DNA from: Acidobacteriota bacterium
Lineage (GTDB): Bacteria > Acidobacteriota > Polarisedimenticolia > J045
DNA: 64,000 nucleotides
Reading direction: 5' to 3'
Assembly: GCA_025456425.1 (NCBI GenBank)
Contig: JALOKP010000017.1
Span: 2,128 to 66,127, forward strand
Below the pieces are notes generated by a model, which was not told the origin of the DNA, made no database searches, and saw only the letters and a program-made list of their open reading frames with translations. Shown in pieces: positions 9,302 to 18,639 of the stretch. The translations under genes were made by a program, and so were the position numbers. Each line of letters starts with the position of its first letter. Position 1 is the first letter of the stretch.

Positions 9302-10030
9302 TCAGGCCGAGGTCCCCGCGTCCACGACGACCTCCTGCCCGGTGACGTGACCCGCGTCGCCGGACAGCAGGAAGTCGATCACCCCCGCCACCCCCGCCGG
9401 AGGGACCGGCGCGCGCAGGCACTGGTCGGCGCGCAACTGCGCGCGGCGCGCGTCGGTCAGGTCGGCGGTCATCGCGGTATCGACCAGCCCCGGCACGACC
9501 GCGTTGACGCGCACGCCCGAGCGGCCCAACTCGCGCGCCAGGCAGCGCGTCAGCGCCAGCAGCCCGGCCTTCGACGCCGCGTAGGCCGCCTGGCCCGAGA
9601 CCCCGCGATAGGCCGAGAGCGACGCCACGTTGACGATCGCGCCGCGCTTCGCGGCGATCATCCCGCGCAGCGCCGCGCGCGCGCAGCGGAAGGCCCCGCC
9701 CAGGTTGGCGTCGATCACGGCGTCCCAGTCCTCGTCGCTGCAGAAGCCGACGAGCGCCTCGCGCCGCACCGCGGCGTTGTTGACGAGCCCGAGCACCGGT
9801 CCCAGCGCCGCCTCCGCCGCCTCGACCACGCGCACCGGCGCCGCGCGGTCCAGCAGGTCCATCGGGAAGGCGCGCACGCCCGGCCCCAGAGCCGACTCCA
9901 GCGCGCGGGCCTCGTCCTCGCCGCGGTGGAAGGTGAACGCCACCCGCTCGCCCCGCGCGGCGAGCCGTTCGACGAGCGCGCGGCCGATGCCGCGGCTGCC
10001 GCCGGTCACAAGGACGACGCCCTGTTCCAC
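9302..10030 (-). CDS. fabG: 3-oxoacyl-ACP reductase (FabG-like SDR)
   Basis: TGGSRGIG, LVNNA, YAASKAG and VNAVVPG. Confidence 0.88.
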   Translation of the reverse strand: MEQGVVLVTGGSRGIGRALVERLAARGERVAFTFHRGEDEARALESALGPGVRAFPMDLLDRAAPVRVVEAAEAALGPVLGLVNNAAVRREALVGFCSDEDWDAVIDANLGGAFRCARAALRGMIAAKRGAIVNVASLSAYRGVSGQAAYAASKAGLLALTRCLARELGRSGVRVNAVVPGLVDTAMTADLTDARRAQLRADQCLRAPVPPAGVAGVIDFLLSGDAGHVTGQEVVVDAGTSA

Positions 10031-10710
10031 GAGTGGGTCTCCATCCGCGCGCGGATCACGGCGCGGGCGATCCGCAGGCTGTCGATCAGCGGGCGGTAGT
10101 GGCTGGTCGTGCGGCCGTCGGCGCACGCCAGGCGAACCGGCGTGCAGGCGACGGGGAACCCGGCGCGCACCGCGCGGACGACCACCGCGCTCTCGGCCTC
10201 GAAGCGGTCTTCGGGCATCCCGAGCTGGGCGTACAGCGTGCGGGTGTAGAGCCGGAAGCCGGTCTGCACGTCGGACAGGAGCTGCCCCGCCAGGAACGAG
10301 ATGCCGCGCGACGACAGGCGGTTGGAGAGCCGCCGCACCCAGAACATCTCGGCGAACAGGTGGTCGCGCACGCCGAGTACGAGATCCGCCCCCTGCTCCC
10401 AGGCGGCGAGCAGCTTCGGGATCTCCTCGGGCGGGTGCTGCGCGTCGGCGTCGACCGTGACGACCGCCTCGAAGCCGCGCGGGAACAGGTCGTCGAACGC
10501 CGTGCGCAGCGCCGCCCCCTTGCCGCGGTTGCGCTCGTGACACAGCACCCGCACGCCGGCGGCGCGCGCGGCCTCGGCGGTGCCGTCGGTCGAGCCGTCG
10601 TCGACGACCAGGACCTGCGGGATCTGCCCCAGCGCGCGGCGCGCGACGTCGGCGATCGTCGGCGCGGCCTGGAAGGCGGGGATCGCGACGGCGACGCGAC
10701 GGGCGTTCAT
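10006..10710 (-). CDS. Glycosyltransferase family 2
   Basis: VVDDGSTDGT, NRGKGAAL, DADAQH and DVQTGFRLY. Confidence 0.92.
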   Translation of the reverse strand: MNARRVAVAIPAFQAAPTIADVARRALGQIPQVLVVDDGSTDGTAEAARAAGVRVLCHERNRGKGAALRTAFDDLFPRGFEAVVTVDADAQHPPEEIPKLLAAWEQGADLVLGVRDHLFAEMFWVRRLSNRLSSRGISFLAGQLLSDVQTGFRLYTRTLYAQLGMPEDRFEAESAVVVRAVRAGFPVACTPVRLACADGRTTSHYRPLIDSLRIARAVIRARMETHSWNRASSL

Positions 10711-10715
10711 CGCGC

Positions 10716-11993
10716 TCAGGCCGGGTCGAGCAGCAGCCAGGCCGCCGCTCCGGCCGCCGCGAGCGTGGAGACCAGGACCGTCTGCGCCGGCGGCGCGTCG
10801 AGCGCGTCGACGGGCACGATCCCGACCCCTTCGTCCTCCTCCTCGAACCAGCGCGGCGCCGCGACCAGCCCCGACTCGACCGCCAGCACCGCGGCCCCCG
10901 CGAGGAAGCCGCCGTACTCGCCGGTCGCCCCCTTCGGCGCGGTCACCGGCGGCAGGGGCGCCCCTTCCCAGCCCGCGCGCAGTACCTGCCCCTCGAGCAG
11001 GTCGCCGCGCCGCGCTCCGGAAGCGCCGCTGACGACGAGGCCGATCTCCTCGGGCAGCACGCGGTGGCGCGCCAGGCCGGCGGCCAGCGCCTCGGCCAGC
11101 TCGTCGACGCCGCAGCCCCAGCTCGCGGCGGGCGCCGACGGGTCGGTGGCCTGGAACGCGCCGCGCACGCGGGCGAGGACGCGAGCGCCGCGCGCGGCCG
11201 CGCGCTCGGCGCTCTCGAGCAGCAGGACCGTCGCGCCCTCCGCGGCGACGAAGCCGTCGCGGCGCGCGTCGAGCGGCCGCGCCGCCTCGGGCTGGGCCCC
11301 ATGCGGCCGCGCCAGCGCGCGGAAGCGGTCGAGCGCGGCGTGCAGCAGCGGCGACAGCTCCTCGACCGCGCCGGCCAGCGCCCAGTCGGCGCGCCCCAGC
11401 CCGATCTCGCGCGCCGCGCCCGCGACCGCGGCCAGGGGGCTGGCCTCGCGCAGCGTCAGCGTGACGTTGGCGCCGGTGATCCCCAGCGCCAGCGCGACCT
11501 GCGCGGTCGGCGCGTTGGCGACCGACTCGGCGAAGCGGAACGGGGAGGCCTGCTCCGGGTCGCGGAAGATCTCGCCCAGCAGCTGCTCGGAGAAGAGCGC
11601 GGAGCCGAACGCCGTCCCCAGGAAGACCGCGCCGCGGGCCGCCAGCTCCGGCGTCACCTGCGCGCGCGGCAGCCCGCCGTCCTCGAGCGCCATCATCGAG
11701 GCCGCGACCGCGAAGCGCGAGGGCAGCCCCATCCGTCGGGCGGCGGCGGGCGGGATCCAGCGCGCGAAGTCCCGCTCGGTCACCAGCGCGGCGCGGCGCG
11801 CCGAGTGGCTGCGGTGGTAGCCGGGCGGCCGCTCGACCGGCGACAGGCGCGGCGCTCCCGAGCGCAGCCCCGCGGCCAGCGCTTCGCGGCCCGCGCCGAA
11901 GGCGCCGAGCGCCCCCAGCCCGGTGACGACGACGTCGCGCAGCCCGGGGTACGGGTCGCGCACGCGGATCGCCTCGCCGCCCGCGCCGCTCAC
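10716..11993 (-). CDS. Beta-ketoacyl synthase-like protein lacking the catalytic Cys (chain-length-factor-like)
   Basis: KS fold (VVVTGLG, RPLDARRDG..AEGA). LREAS replaces the TACAS motif and GASG replaces HGTGT. Confidence 0.85.
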   Translation of the reverse strand: MSGAGGEAIRVRDPYPGLRDVVVTGLGALGAFGAGREALAAGLRSGAPRLSPVERPPGYHRSHSARRAALVTERDFARWIPPAAARRMGLPSRFAVAASMMALEDGGLPRAQVTPELAARGAVFLGTAFGSALFSEQLLGEIFRDPEQASPFRFAESVANAPTAQVALALGITGANVTLTLREASPLAAVAGAAREIGLGRADWALAGAVEELSPLLHAALDRFRALARPHGAQPEAARPLDARRDGFVAAEGATVLLLESAERAAARGARVLARVRGAFQATDPSAPAASWGCGVDELAEALAAGLARHRVLPEEIGLVVSGASGARRGDLLEGQVLRAGWEGAPLPPVTAPKGATGEYGGFLAGAAVLAVESGLVAAPRWFEEEDEGVGIVPVDALDAPPAQTVLVSTLAAAGAAAWLLLDPA

Positions 11994-13237
11994 GCCGGCT
12001 CCCCGGCGCGCTCGAAGACGAGCGCGGCATTGGCGCCGCCGAAGCCGAAGTTCACCGACAGCGCGTAGCGCGCCCCCGGGACCACGAGCGGACCGTCGAG
12101 CCCGATCCGCACCGGCGTCCGCGACGACGGCGGCTCGGCCGGCGGCCCGCCGCCGGGCGTCGCGTGCAGCGCGCCGGAGCGCAGCGCGTCGATCGTCACC
12201 ACCGCCTCGACCGCGCCGGCCGAGCCGAGCAGGTGCCCGATCAGCGCCTTGGTCGAGGCCACCGGGATTTCCCGCGCGCGCGCGCCGAAGACCGCGCAGA
12301 GCGCCGCCCACTCGGCGTCGTCGTTGAGCGGCGTGCCGGTGCCGTGCAGGTTCACGAAGTCGATTTCGTCGGGGCGCAGCCCGGCGTCGGCCAGCGCGTC
12401 GCGCATCGCGCGCACCGCTCCCGCCCCCTCGGGGTGCGGCGCCGTCATGTGCGAGGCGTCGCAGCTGACGCCCGCGCCGGCCAGGATCGCCAGCGGCGCC
12501 GCGCCGCGCGCCGCGGCGTGCTCCCGCGTCTCGAGCACCAGCACGCCGGCGCCCTCTCCCATCGACAGCCCCTCGCGCCCCTCGCGGAACGGCCGCGTCA
12601 TCCCGGGATCGACGGCTCGCAGCGCGTTGAAGCCGCCGTAGGTCAGTTGGCAGAGCGAGTCGGAGCCGCCGGCCAGCGCCAGGTCGCAATCGCCCAGCCG
12701 CAGCGCGTCGAGCGCGCGCGCGACCGACATCGCGCCCGAGGCACAGGCGGCCGAGACCGTCTCGCTGGGCCCGGCCGCGCCAATACGCCGCGCGACCGCC
12801 TCGGCCGGGCCGCTGCAGGGCTGCGAGGCCAGGAGGCCGGCGCGCGCGCGGCGGCCGCCGGTCGCGGCCAGCTCGGCGAAGAAGCGCTCGGCCTCGACCA
12901 TGTTGCCGGTCGAGCTGGCGAAGTAGACCGCGGCCTCCGGCCCCAGCTCCCGGCGCCCCAGCCCGGCCGCGACCAACGCTTCCTCGGCCGCGAAGACGGC
13001 GAAGGCGTCGGCGTGCGGCATCCCTTCCAGGGCGAGCGGGCGGCCGGCGGCGGGAACCTCGGCCGCCAGGTGCGTGCGGTGGCGCGCGGCGTCGAAGCGC
13101 CCGATCGCGCGGAAGGCGCGCGCCCCGCGAGCCAGCGCCTCGAACAGCGGCGCCACGCCCCAGCCGAAGCCGGTGACCGCGCCGGTCCCGGTGACCACAA
13201 CGAGCGGCCGGGCGGGGGACTTTTCGGGCGGGCTCAC
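11990..13237 (-). CDS. Beta-ketoacyl-ACP synthase (FabF-type, intact Cys-His-His)
   Basis: SAACASG, HGTGT, KALIGHLLGSAG and NFGFGG. GTG start with a GGAG RBS. Confidence 0.92.
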   Translation of the reverse strand: MSPPEKSPARPLVVVTGTGAVTGFGWGVAPLFEALARGARAFRAIGRFDAARHRTHLAAEVPAAGRPLALEGMPHADAFAVFAAEEALVAAGLGRRELGPEAAVYFASSTGNMVEAERFFAELAATGGRRARAGLLASQPCSGPAEAVARRIGAAGPSETVSAACASGAMSVARALDALRLGDCDLALAGGSDSLCQLTYGGFNALRAVDPGMTRPFREGREGLSMGEGAGVLVLETREHAAARGAAPLAILAGAGVSCDASHMTAPHPEGAGAVRAMRDALADAGLRPDEIDFVNLHGTGTPLNDDAEWAALCAVFGARAREIPVASTKALIGHLLGSAGAVEAVVTIDALRSGALHATPGGGPPAEPPSSRTPVRIGLDGPLVVPGARYALSVNFGFGGANAALVFERAGEPA

Positions 13238-13330
13238 GGCGTCTCTCCAGGCCGGGGGCGAGGACCGGAACACGATCCGTGGGGCCGGTGACCGGCACTC
13301 GCGGATTCCGGTAACCTGTCGGCTAAATCG

Positions 13331-14797
13331 ATGACTAACGCGATCTTACTTGACTGGCGGCGGACGCTTCAAGCCGCGCCCGACGCGCCCCTCCTGCTGC
13401 GTCCCGGCGCGCCGGCGACGACGCGCGCGCTGCTCTCCGTGCTGGCCTCGGGGGCGGCCGCGCGGATCGCCGGCGCAGCGCTGCCGGAGGGCGCGCTGGT
13501 CGTCTTCTCCGCTCCCAACGGCAGCGCCTTCCTGGCCGGGCTGGTCGCGCTCTGGGACCAGGGGCTGGTCCCGGCGCTGGCCGACAGCGGCGCGCCCGAC
13601 GAGGAACTGCTCGGCGTCGCGCGCGCGCTCGGCGCGGCGGCGGTGGTGCGCTGTGGCGAGCCCTGGCCGGCCTCGCTGGCCGAGCCCGGCGCGCTGGCGA
13701 TCGCCGCGGCGGCGGCGCCGGACGCAGCCCGCGCGGCGGCGGCACGCGCGGCGGTGGCCGGGGCGGCCGCGGTGAAGCTCTCGTCCGGCACGACCGGCGA
13801 GCCCAAGGGGGTGATCGCCAGCGCCGCCGCGCTGATCGCCGACGACGAGCAGTTGACGCGCTCGATGGGGCTGGTGGCCGAGGACCGGATCGTCGCGGCG
13901 ATCCCGCTCTCGCATTCCTACGGGCTGTCGTCGGTCGCACTGCCGGCTTTGCGGCGCGGCGCGGCGCTGATCTTCCCCGGGACCGAGGGGCTGTTCGCGG
14001 CGCTCGACGCGGCGCGACAGTTCGACGCGACCTTCCTGCCGACCGTGCCGGCCTTCATCGCCGCGCTGGTCGCGCTGGGGACGCCGCCATCCTGGCCCCC
14101 TTCGCTGCGGCTGGTGATCACCGCCGGGGCCCCGCTGTCGCCGGAGGCGGCCCGCCGCTTCCGCGCGACCTACGGCCGCGGCGTGCACGCCTTCTACGGC
14201 GCCTCCGAGTGCGGCGGGATCGCCTTCGACCGGCGCGGCGACGCCGCCGAGCGCGGGGCGATCGGCGCGCCCGTGGACGGCGTGACGCTCGAACTCGTCC
14301 CGGAGGACGGGGCGCCGGAGGGGGCGGGGCGCGTCGTCGTCCGCTCGCCGGCGGTGACGACCGGCTACCTGCCCCTGCCCGACCCGCGCCTCGCCGGCGG
14401 CGTCTTCCGCACCGGCGACTGGGGCCGGCTCTCGAGCGGGGAGCTGTGGCTGGCCGGCCGCGCCGACGGCTGGATCAACGTGCGCGGCAAGAAGGTCGAC
14501 CCGGCGGAGGTCGAGCGCGTGATCGCCGCGATGCCGGGGGTGGACGAGGTCGCGATCCTCGCGCTGCGCGACCCCGCGACCGGGACCGAGCGCGTCGCGG
14601 CCGCGATCGCGACGCGCGCCGGGCTGAGCTGGAACGCGGTGCGCGCCTTCTGCGTCGAGCGGCTGGCCGCGCACAAGGCGCCGCGCGCGATCGCGTTCTT
14701 CGAGGCGCTGCCGCGCAGCGCGCGCGGCAAGCTCGACCGGCGCGCGATCCTGGCGCGCTTCGCGGACGGCGCGGGGGCGCCGGACCCGGCCGACTGA
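13331..14797 (+). CDS. AMP-binding acyl-CoA/acyl-ACP ligase (ANL superfamily)
   Basis: SSGTTGEPKG, YGASE, FRTGD and LPRSARGK. Confidence 0.9.
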   Translation: MTNAILLDWRRTLQAAPDAPLLLRPGAPATTRALLSVLASGAAARIAGAALPEGALVVFSAPNGSAFLAGLVALWDQGLVPALADSGAPDEELLGVARALGAAAVVRCGEPWPASLAEPGALAIAAAAAPDAARAAAARAAVAGAAAVKLSSGTTGEPKGVIASAAALIADDEQLTRSMGLVAEDRIVAAIPLSHSYGLSSVALPALRRGAALIFPGTEGLFAALDAARQFDATFLPTVPAFIAALVALGTPPSWPPSLRLVITAGAPLSPEAARRFRATYGRGVHAFYGASECGGIAFDRRGDAAERGAIGAPVDGVTLELVPEDGAPEGAGRVVVRSPAVTTGYLPLPDPRLAGGVFRTGDWGRLSSGELWLAGRADGWINVRGKKVDPAEVERVIAAMPGVDEVAILALRDPATGTERVAAAIATRAGLSWNAVRAFCVERLAAHKAPRAIAFFEALPRSARGKLDRRAILARFADGAGAPDPAD

Positions 14798-15567
14798 TGG
14801 CGCGCTGGCGGCCGTCGCCGTTCCTCTGGGGCTCGGCGGGGCTCCACGGCGGGCTGCTCGGGCTGACCGCGCTCGCGCCCGCGGCCTGGCCCTGGACGCT
14901 GGGCCTGCTCGTCGCCGACCACGCGGCGCTGGCGGCCGCCGGGATGTGGCCGCGCTCGCGCCTGCTGGGCCCGAACCGGCGCGAGCTGCCGGCCGCCGCC
15001 GCCGCGCGCGGCGAGCTGGCGCTGACGTTCGACGACGGCCCGGACCCCGAGGTCACCCCGCGCGTGCTGGACCTGCTCGACGCGGCGGGGGCGAAGGGCT
15101 CGTTCTTCGTGGTGGGCGAGCGGGCCGAGCGGCACCCGCGCCTCGTGGCCGAGGCGGCCCGGCGCGGCCACGCCGTCGAGAACCACACGCTGCGCCACAG
15201 CCCGCACTTCCCGTGGTACGGCGTGCGCCGGCTGACGCGCGAGCTGGCGGCCGCCAACGCGCAGATCGAGTCGCTGACCGGGCGGCGGCCGGCTTACTTC
15301 CGCGCGCCGGCCGGGCTGCGCTCGCCGCTGCTCGATCCGGTGCTGGCGGCGCTCGACCTGTCGCTGGTGTCGTGGACGCGGCGCGGCTTCGACGCCGTGC
15401 GGACCGATCCCGGCGCCGTCTGGCGGCGGCTCGCCCCGGCGGTGCGGCCGGGGGCGATCCTGCTGCTGCACGACGGCCCCGGCCAGCGCGCGGTGCTGGA
15501 GGTCCTGCCGCGCGTGCTCGACGCGGCCGCGGCGCGCGGCCTGCGGCCGGTGGCGCCGCTCGGCTGA
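14797..15567 (+). CDS. Polysaccharide deacetylase (CE4/NodB) with N-terminal membrane segment
   Basis: LTFDDGP, ENHTLRH, YFRAPAG and ILLLHD. TGATG coupling to the upstream gene. Confidence 0.92.
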   Translation: MARWRPSPFLWGSAGLHGGLLGLTALAPAAWPWTLGLLVADHAALAAAGMWPRSRLLGPNRRELPAAAAARGELALTFDDGPDPEVTPRVLDLLDAAGAKGSFFVVGERAERHPRLVAEAARRGHAVENHTLRHSPHFPWYGVRRLTRELAAANAQIESLTGRRPAYFRAPAGLRSPLLDPVLAALDLSLVSWTRRGFDAVRTDPGAVWRRLAPAVRPGAILLLHDGPGQRAVLEVLPRVLDAAAARGLRPVAPLG

Positions 15568-15570
15568 CGG

Positions 15571-16044
15571 TCAGAGTCCGGTGTGCGCGGCGCGCGGCTC
15601 GTGGATCGTCAGCACCGGGCAGGTCGCGTGGCGGATCACCTGCTCCGCGACCGAGCCGAAGACCAGCCGGCGCCAGCCGGTGCGGCCGTGGGTCGCGATC
15701 ACGACCAGGTCGGCGTGCTCGCGCTCGGCCGCGGCGACGATCGCGTCGGCCGGGTCGCCGTCGACGACGAGGCCCCGCACCGCGAGTCCGGTCGTCTGAA
15801 GCGTCTCGGCCATCGCGCCGATCATCTGCTCGGCCTGCTCGCGCGCGTGGCGCAGGGTCACCTCCGGCGTGACCGCGGCCCCGACCGGGATCTCGACCGC
15901 CACCGGGATCGCGACCGGGACCACGACGTTGAGCAGCAGCAGCTCGGCGTGCATCGCGTGCGCCATCTCGCGCGCGACCTGCAGGGCGGAGTCGGCGGGC
16001 TCGCTGAAGTCCGTCGGGCAGAGGATCTTCCTGAAGGGGTACAT
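15571..16044 (-). CDS. Universal stress protein
   Basis: KILCPTDFS, ADLVVIATHGRTG..FGSVAEQV and CPVL. Confidence 0.93.
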   Translation of the reverse strand: MYPFRKILCPTDFSEPADSALQVAREMAHAMHAELLLLNVVVPVAIPVAVEIPVGAAVTPEVTLRHAREQAEQMIGAMAETLQTTGLAVRGLVVDGDPADAIVAAAEREHADLVVIATHGRTGWRRLVFGSVAEQVIRHATCPVLTIHEPRAAHTGL

Positions 16045-16189
16045 GGACGGCCCTCCCGCGGCTGTTTCACCCGCGACAGCCGGCGCGAACCAGCGTTTCA
16101 ACGGCCCGCCCCGCGGGCCGGTCGGGTGCGACCCAAGGGACGTGGACATCTTACTGCGCGGCCCGGAAGCCGGTTCGAATTCTTTGCGA

Positions 16190-16539
16190 TGGTGGAGGCG
16201 GTGGGAATCGAACCCACGTCCGAGGATGGTCCACGACGGGCTTCTACACGCTTAGCCGCTTCATTTGGATCTCGCCTCGCGCGCTCCGAAGGGCAGGATC
16301 GCGTCCGGCCAGCCCGTTGATCTCGCTCTCGGCGGGTGGGCCGCCCACCTCGAGCCAGCCCGCGTTCATTGACGCCCTGCCTCCCACCCACGGGCGGATC
16401 GGAGAGGACGCACCGCCTTTAGTTAGGCAGCGATTGCGTAGTTGGTGTTGGCGTTTGTAAGCTTCCCGTTTTTTACGAGGATCGGGAGCCTCGGCGTGCC
16501 ACCCGCGCTTTCCGAACCCCGTCGAGTCCTTTCGCCCCC
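16190..16539 (-). ncRNA. ssrA: tmRNA; tag peptide (A)ANTNYAIAA encoded at 16452-16423
   Basis: 5' end GGGGGCGAAAGGACTCGAC. 3' end GGACGTGGGTTCGATTCCCACCGCCTCCACCA, with T-arm, G-U acceptor pair and CCA. About 350 nt, with an internal tag ORF ending AA-TAA. Confidence 0.97.
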
Positions 16540-16561
16540 ACGGGTGCGCGTTGACGAAAAG

Positions 16562-16590
16562 AGAGTAAGACTGCGGCGCCCCGGTTGCAA
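16562..16590 (-). promoter_or_regulatory. Sigma70-type promoter of ssrA
   Basis: TTGCAA-N17-TACTCT about 22 nt upstream of the mature 5' end. Confidence 0.75.
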
Positions 16591-16640
16591 GCTGGAGGCT
16601 GCCGTCCGGCGCGGGGAGCGCGGCCCGCCATCGCCGGCCC

Positions 16641-17120
16641 TTACTGCGCCACGAACTCGACGAACAGCACCTCGGCCACGCCGTCGTCCGGCAGCGTTCG
16701 GTTGATTTCGCGCCGCAGCTCGTCGCGCAGCGCGTCCCGGGCGCCGGGGCGCGTCACCTCCTCGAAGGTCTTCGCCGACAGCGCCGAGAGGATCCGGTCG
16801 CGGGCACGGGCGCGCATGAGCTCGTCGCGCTGCAGCTCGCGCGCGAGCCGCGGGTCGCTCACCACCGCGCGGACCGAGGCCCGCAGGTAGCGCTCGACGC
16901 CGGGGTCGGCGAGGTTGACGACGAAGGCGTCGAACGCGACCAGCGACGGCGAGGCCGGCGCGCCGGCCCGGACGCCCTGGGCCTCCGCCCGCCCCGCGCC
17001 GCCGCGCAGCAGCAGCGCCGTCGTCCCGCCCACGGCGGCGAGAACCAGGAGCGCACCGGCAAGAAACAGCAGCGGGATCCGGCGGCCGGATCCGTCCTCG
17101 GACTGGGCCTGCAGCGACAT
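16641..17120 (-). CDS. fliL: Flagellar basal body-associated protein FliL
   Basis: One N-terminal TM helix, FVVNLAD..RYL, and C-terminal EVLFVEFVAQ. Confidence 0.9.
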   Translation of the reverse strand: MSLQAQSEDGSGRRIPLLFLAGALLVLAAVGGTTALLLRGGAGRAEAQGVRAGAPASPSLVAFDAFVVNLADPGVERYLRASVRAVVSDPRLARELQRDELMRARARDRILSALSAKTFEEVTRPGARDALRDELRREINRTLPDDGVAEVLFVEFVAQ

Positions 17121-17144
17121 CGCGGCTCCTCGCGCGGCAGGCGC

Positions 17145-17858
17145 TCAGGGCCCGGCGCGGAGCAGGATCTCGACCCTCCGGTTGCGCTGGCGCCCCTCCT
17201 CCGTCGCGTTGTCGCCGACGGGGCGGGTGTCGGCGTGGCCCACCGCCTCGAGCCGCGCCGGGGCCAGGCCGTGCGCGGCCAGGAACCGGACCACCGCCCC
17301 GGCGCGCGCCGCCGACAGCTCCCAGTTGCTCGGGAACGCCGCGCCGCGAACCGGCAGGTTGTCGCTGTGCCCCTCGACCGTCGCCCGCGCACCGGACTCG
17401 CGGACCAGCGCCGCGATCCGCGCCAGCGGCGCGCCGGCCTCCGGCTCCAGCCGCGCGCTGCCCGGGCGGAAGAGCGGTCCGTTGCTCATCCGGATCCGCA
17501 CCCCGCGGTCCTCGAGGATCACCTCGGCCCCCAGCTCCGGCGCCGCGCCGCGCAGCGCATCGTGCGCCTGCTCGAAGATCCGGGCCTTGGCCTCGGCCGG
17601 CATCGCGGCCGGCCGGTCGAAGAGCGTCGCGCCCGACAGGGGAGCCTCCGCGCGGCGCTCGGTCTGCGTGCCGAAGGCGTCGCGGATGTAGCCCGAGACG
17701 ACCTTGAAGCGCTCGCGCTCCATCGTGCTGAAGGCCAGCAGCATGATGAAGAAGCAGAGCAGCAGCGACATCATGTCGCCGTAGGTCAGCATCCAGGCCG
17801 GCGCGCCCGGGCGCGGCACGTCCTCTTCCAGCAGCGCCGCCAGGGGCTCGCGCCTCAC
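17145..17858 (-). CDS. motB: Flagellar stator B subunit (MotB/PomB, OmpA-like domain)
   Basis: WMLTYGDMMSLLLCFF, EGHSDN, SNWELSAARA and NRRVEI. Confidence 0.93.
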   Translation of the reverse strand: MRREPLAALLEEDVPRPGAPAWMLTYGDMMSLLLCFFIMLLAFSTMERERFKVVSGYIRDAFGTQTERRAEAPLSGATLFDRPAAMPAEAKARIFEQAHDALRGAAPELGAEVILEDRGVRIRMSNGPLFRPGSARLEPEAGAPLARIAALVRESGARATVEGHSDNLPVRGAAFPSNWELSAARAGAVVRFLAAHGLAPARLEAVGHADTRPVGDNATEEGRQRNRRVEILLRAGP

Positions 17859-18634
17859 GCCGCCTCCGTCCCCGCGCTTCGCTCGGCGCCCTGCCGCAGC
17901 GCGGGCGGGACGTGCGCGGTCAGCTTCTGCCGGACCGACGTCGGGTGGTCCCCCTCGACGATCGCCAGGATCCCCTCCAGCACCAGCATCCGCGCCGCGA
18001 CCTCCTCGCGGCTGCGGTTCTTCAGCTTCTCGGCCAGGGGCAGGCAGACCAGGTAGGCGATCAGCGAGCCGTAGAGCGTGGTCAGGATCGCCAGCGCCAT
18101 CGCCGGGCCGATCCGCGCCGGCTCGTCGAGCGTCGAGAGCATCTTCACCAGCCCGATCAGGGTCCCGATCATCCCGAAGGCCGGGGCCGAGGCCGCCATC
18201 CCCTCGAGCAGCTCCTGCCCGTAGCGGTGCCGCTGGACCAGCGCTGCGGTTTCGGTCTCGAGCATCTGGCGGATCGCGCCGGGCTCGTAGCCGTCGACCG
18301 CGAGCGCGACCGCGCGCGCCAGGAAGGGGTCGCGGATCTGGCGGCGCTCGAGCGCCAGCAGGCTCTCGCGGCGTGCGGTGCGCGCCAGCTCGACCAGCTC
18401 GGCGATCAGGTCGTCGGGGCGCGATGCGGTGCGCGTGAAGGCGTTGCGCACGACGGCGAAGGTCGAGAAGACCCGTCCCAGCGGGTTCTTGATGAAGGTC
18501 ACGCCGAGCGTGCCGCCCAGCACGATCAGCAACGAGGCCACGTCGACGAACTGCACCGGCCGGTCGCCCAGCGCCACGGCGGCGCCGATCAGGGCGACGG
18601 CCACGATCAGGCCGATGACGGTCGAGGCATCCAC
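17855..18634 (-). CDS. motA: Flagellar stator A subunit (MotA/PomA)
   Basis: SLLIVLGGT, ARRESLLALE, APAFGMIGTLIGLV and LTTLYG. Confidence 0.94.
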   Translation of the reverse strand: MDASTVIGLIVAVALIGAAVALGDRPVQFVDVASLLIVLGGTLGVTFIKNPLGRVFSTFAVVRNAFTRTASRPDDLIAELVELARTARRESLLALERRQIRDPFLARAVALAVDGYEPGAIRQMLETETAALVQRHRYGQELLEGMAASAPAFGMIGTLIGLVKMLSTLDEPARIGPAMALAILTTLYGSLIAYLVCLPLAEKLKNRSREEVAARMLVLEGILAIVEGDHPTSVRQKLTAHVPPALRQGAERSAGTEAA

Positions 18635-18639
18635 GCGGG

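Noticed and set aside
15571-16190. Integrative element at the ssrA 3' end
   Set aside because: No integrase is adjacent and no duplicated ssrA 3' end (att site) was seen in the window.
16190-16225. tRNA gene (T-arm plus CCA)
   Set aside because: This is the 3' tRNA-like domain of tmRNA. The matching 5' end is 350 nt away with a tag ORF in between.
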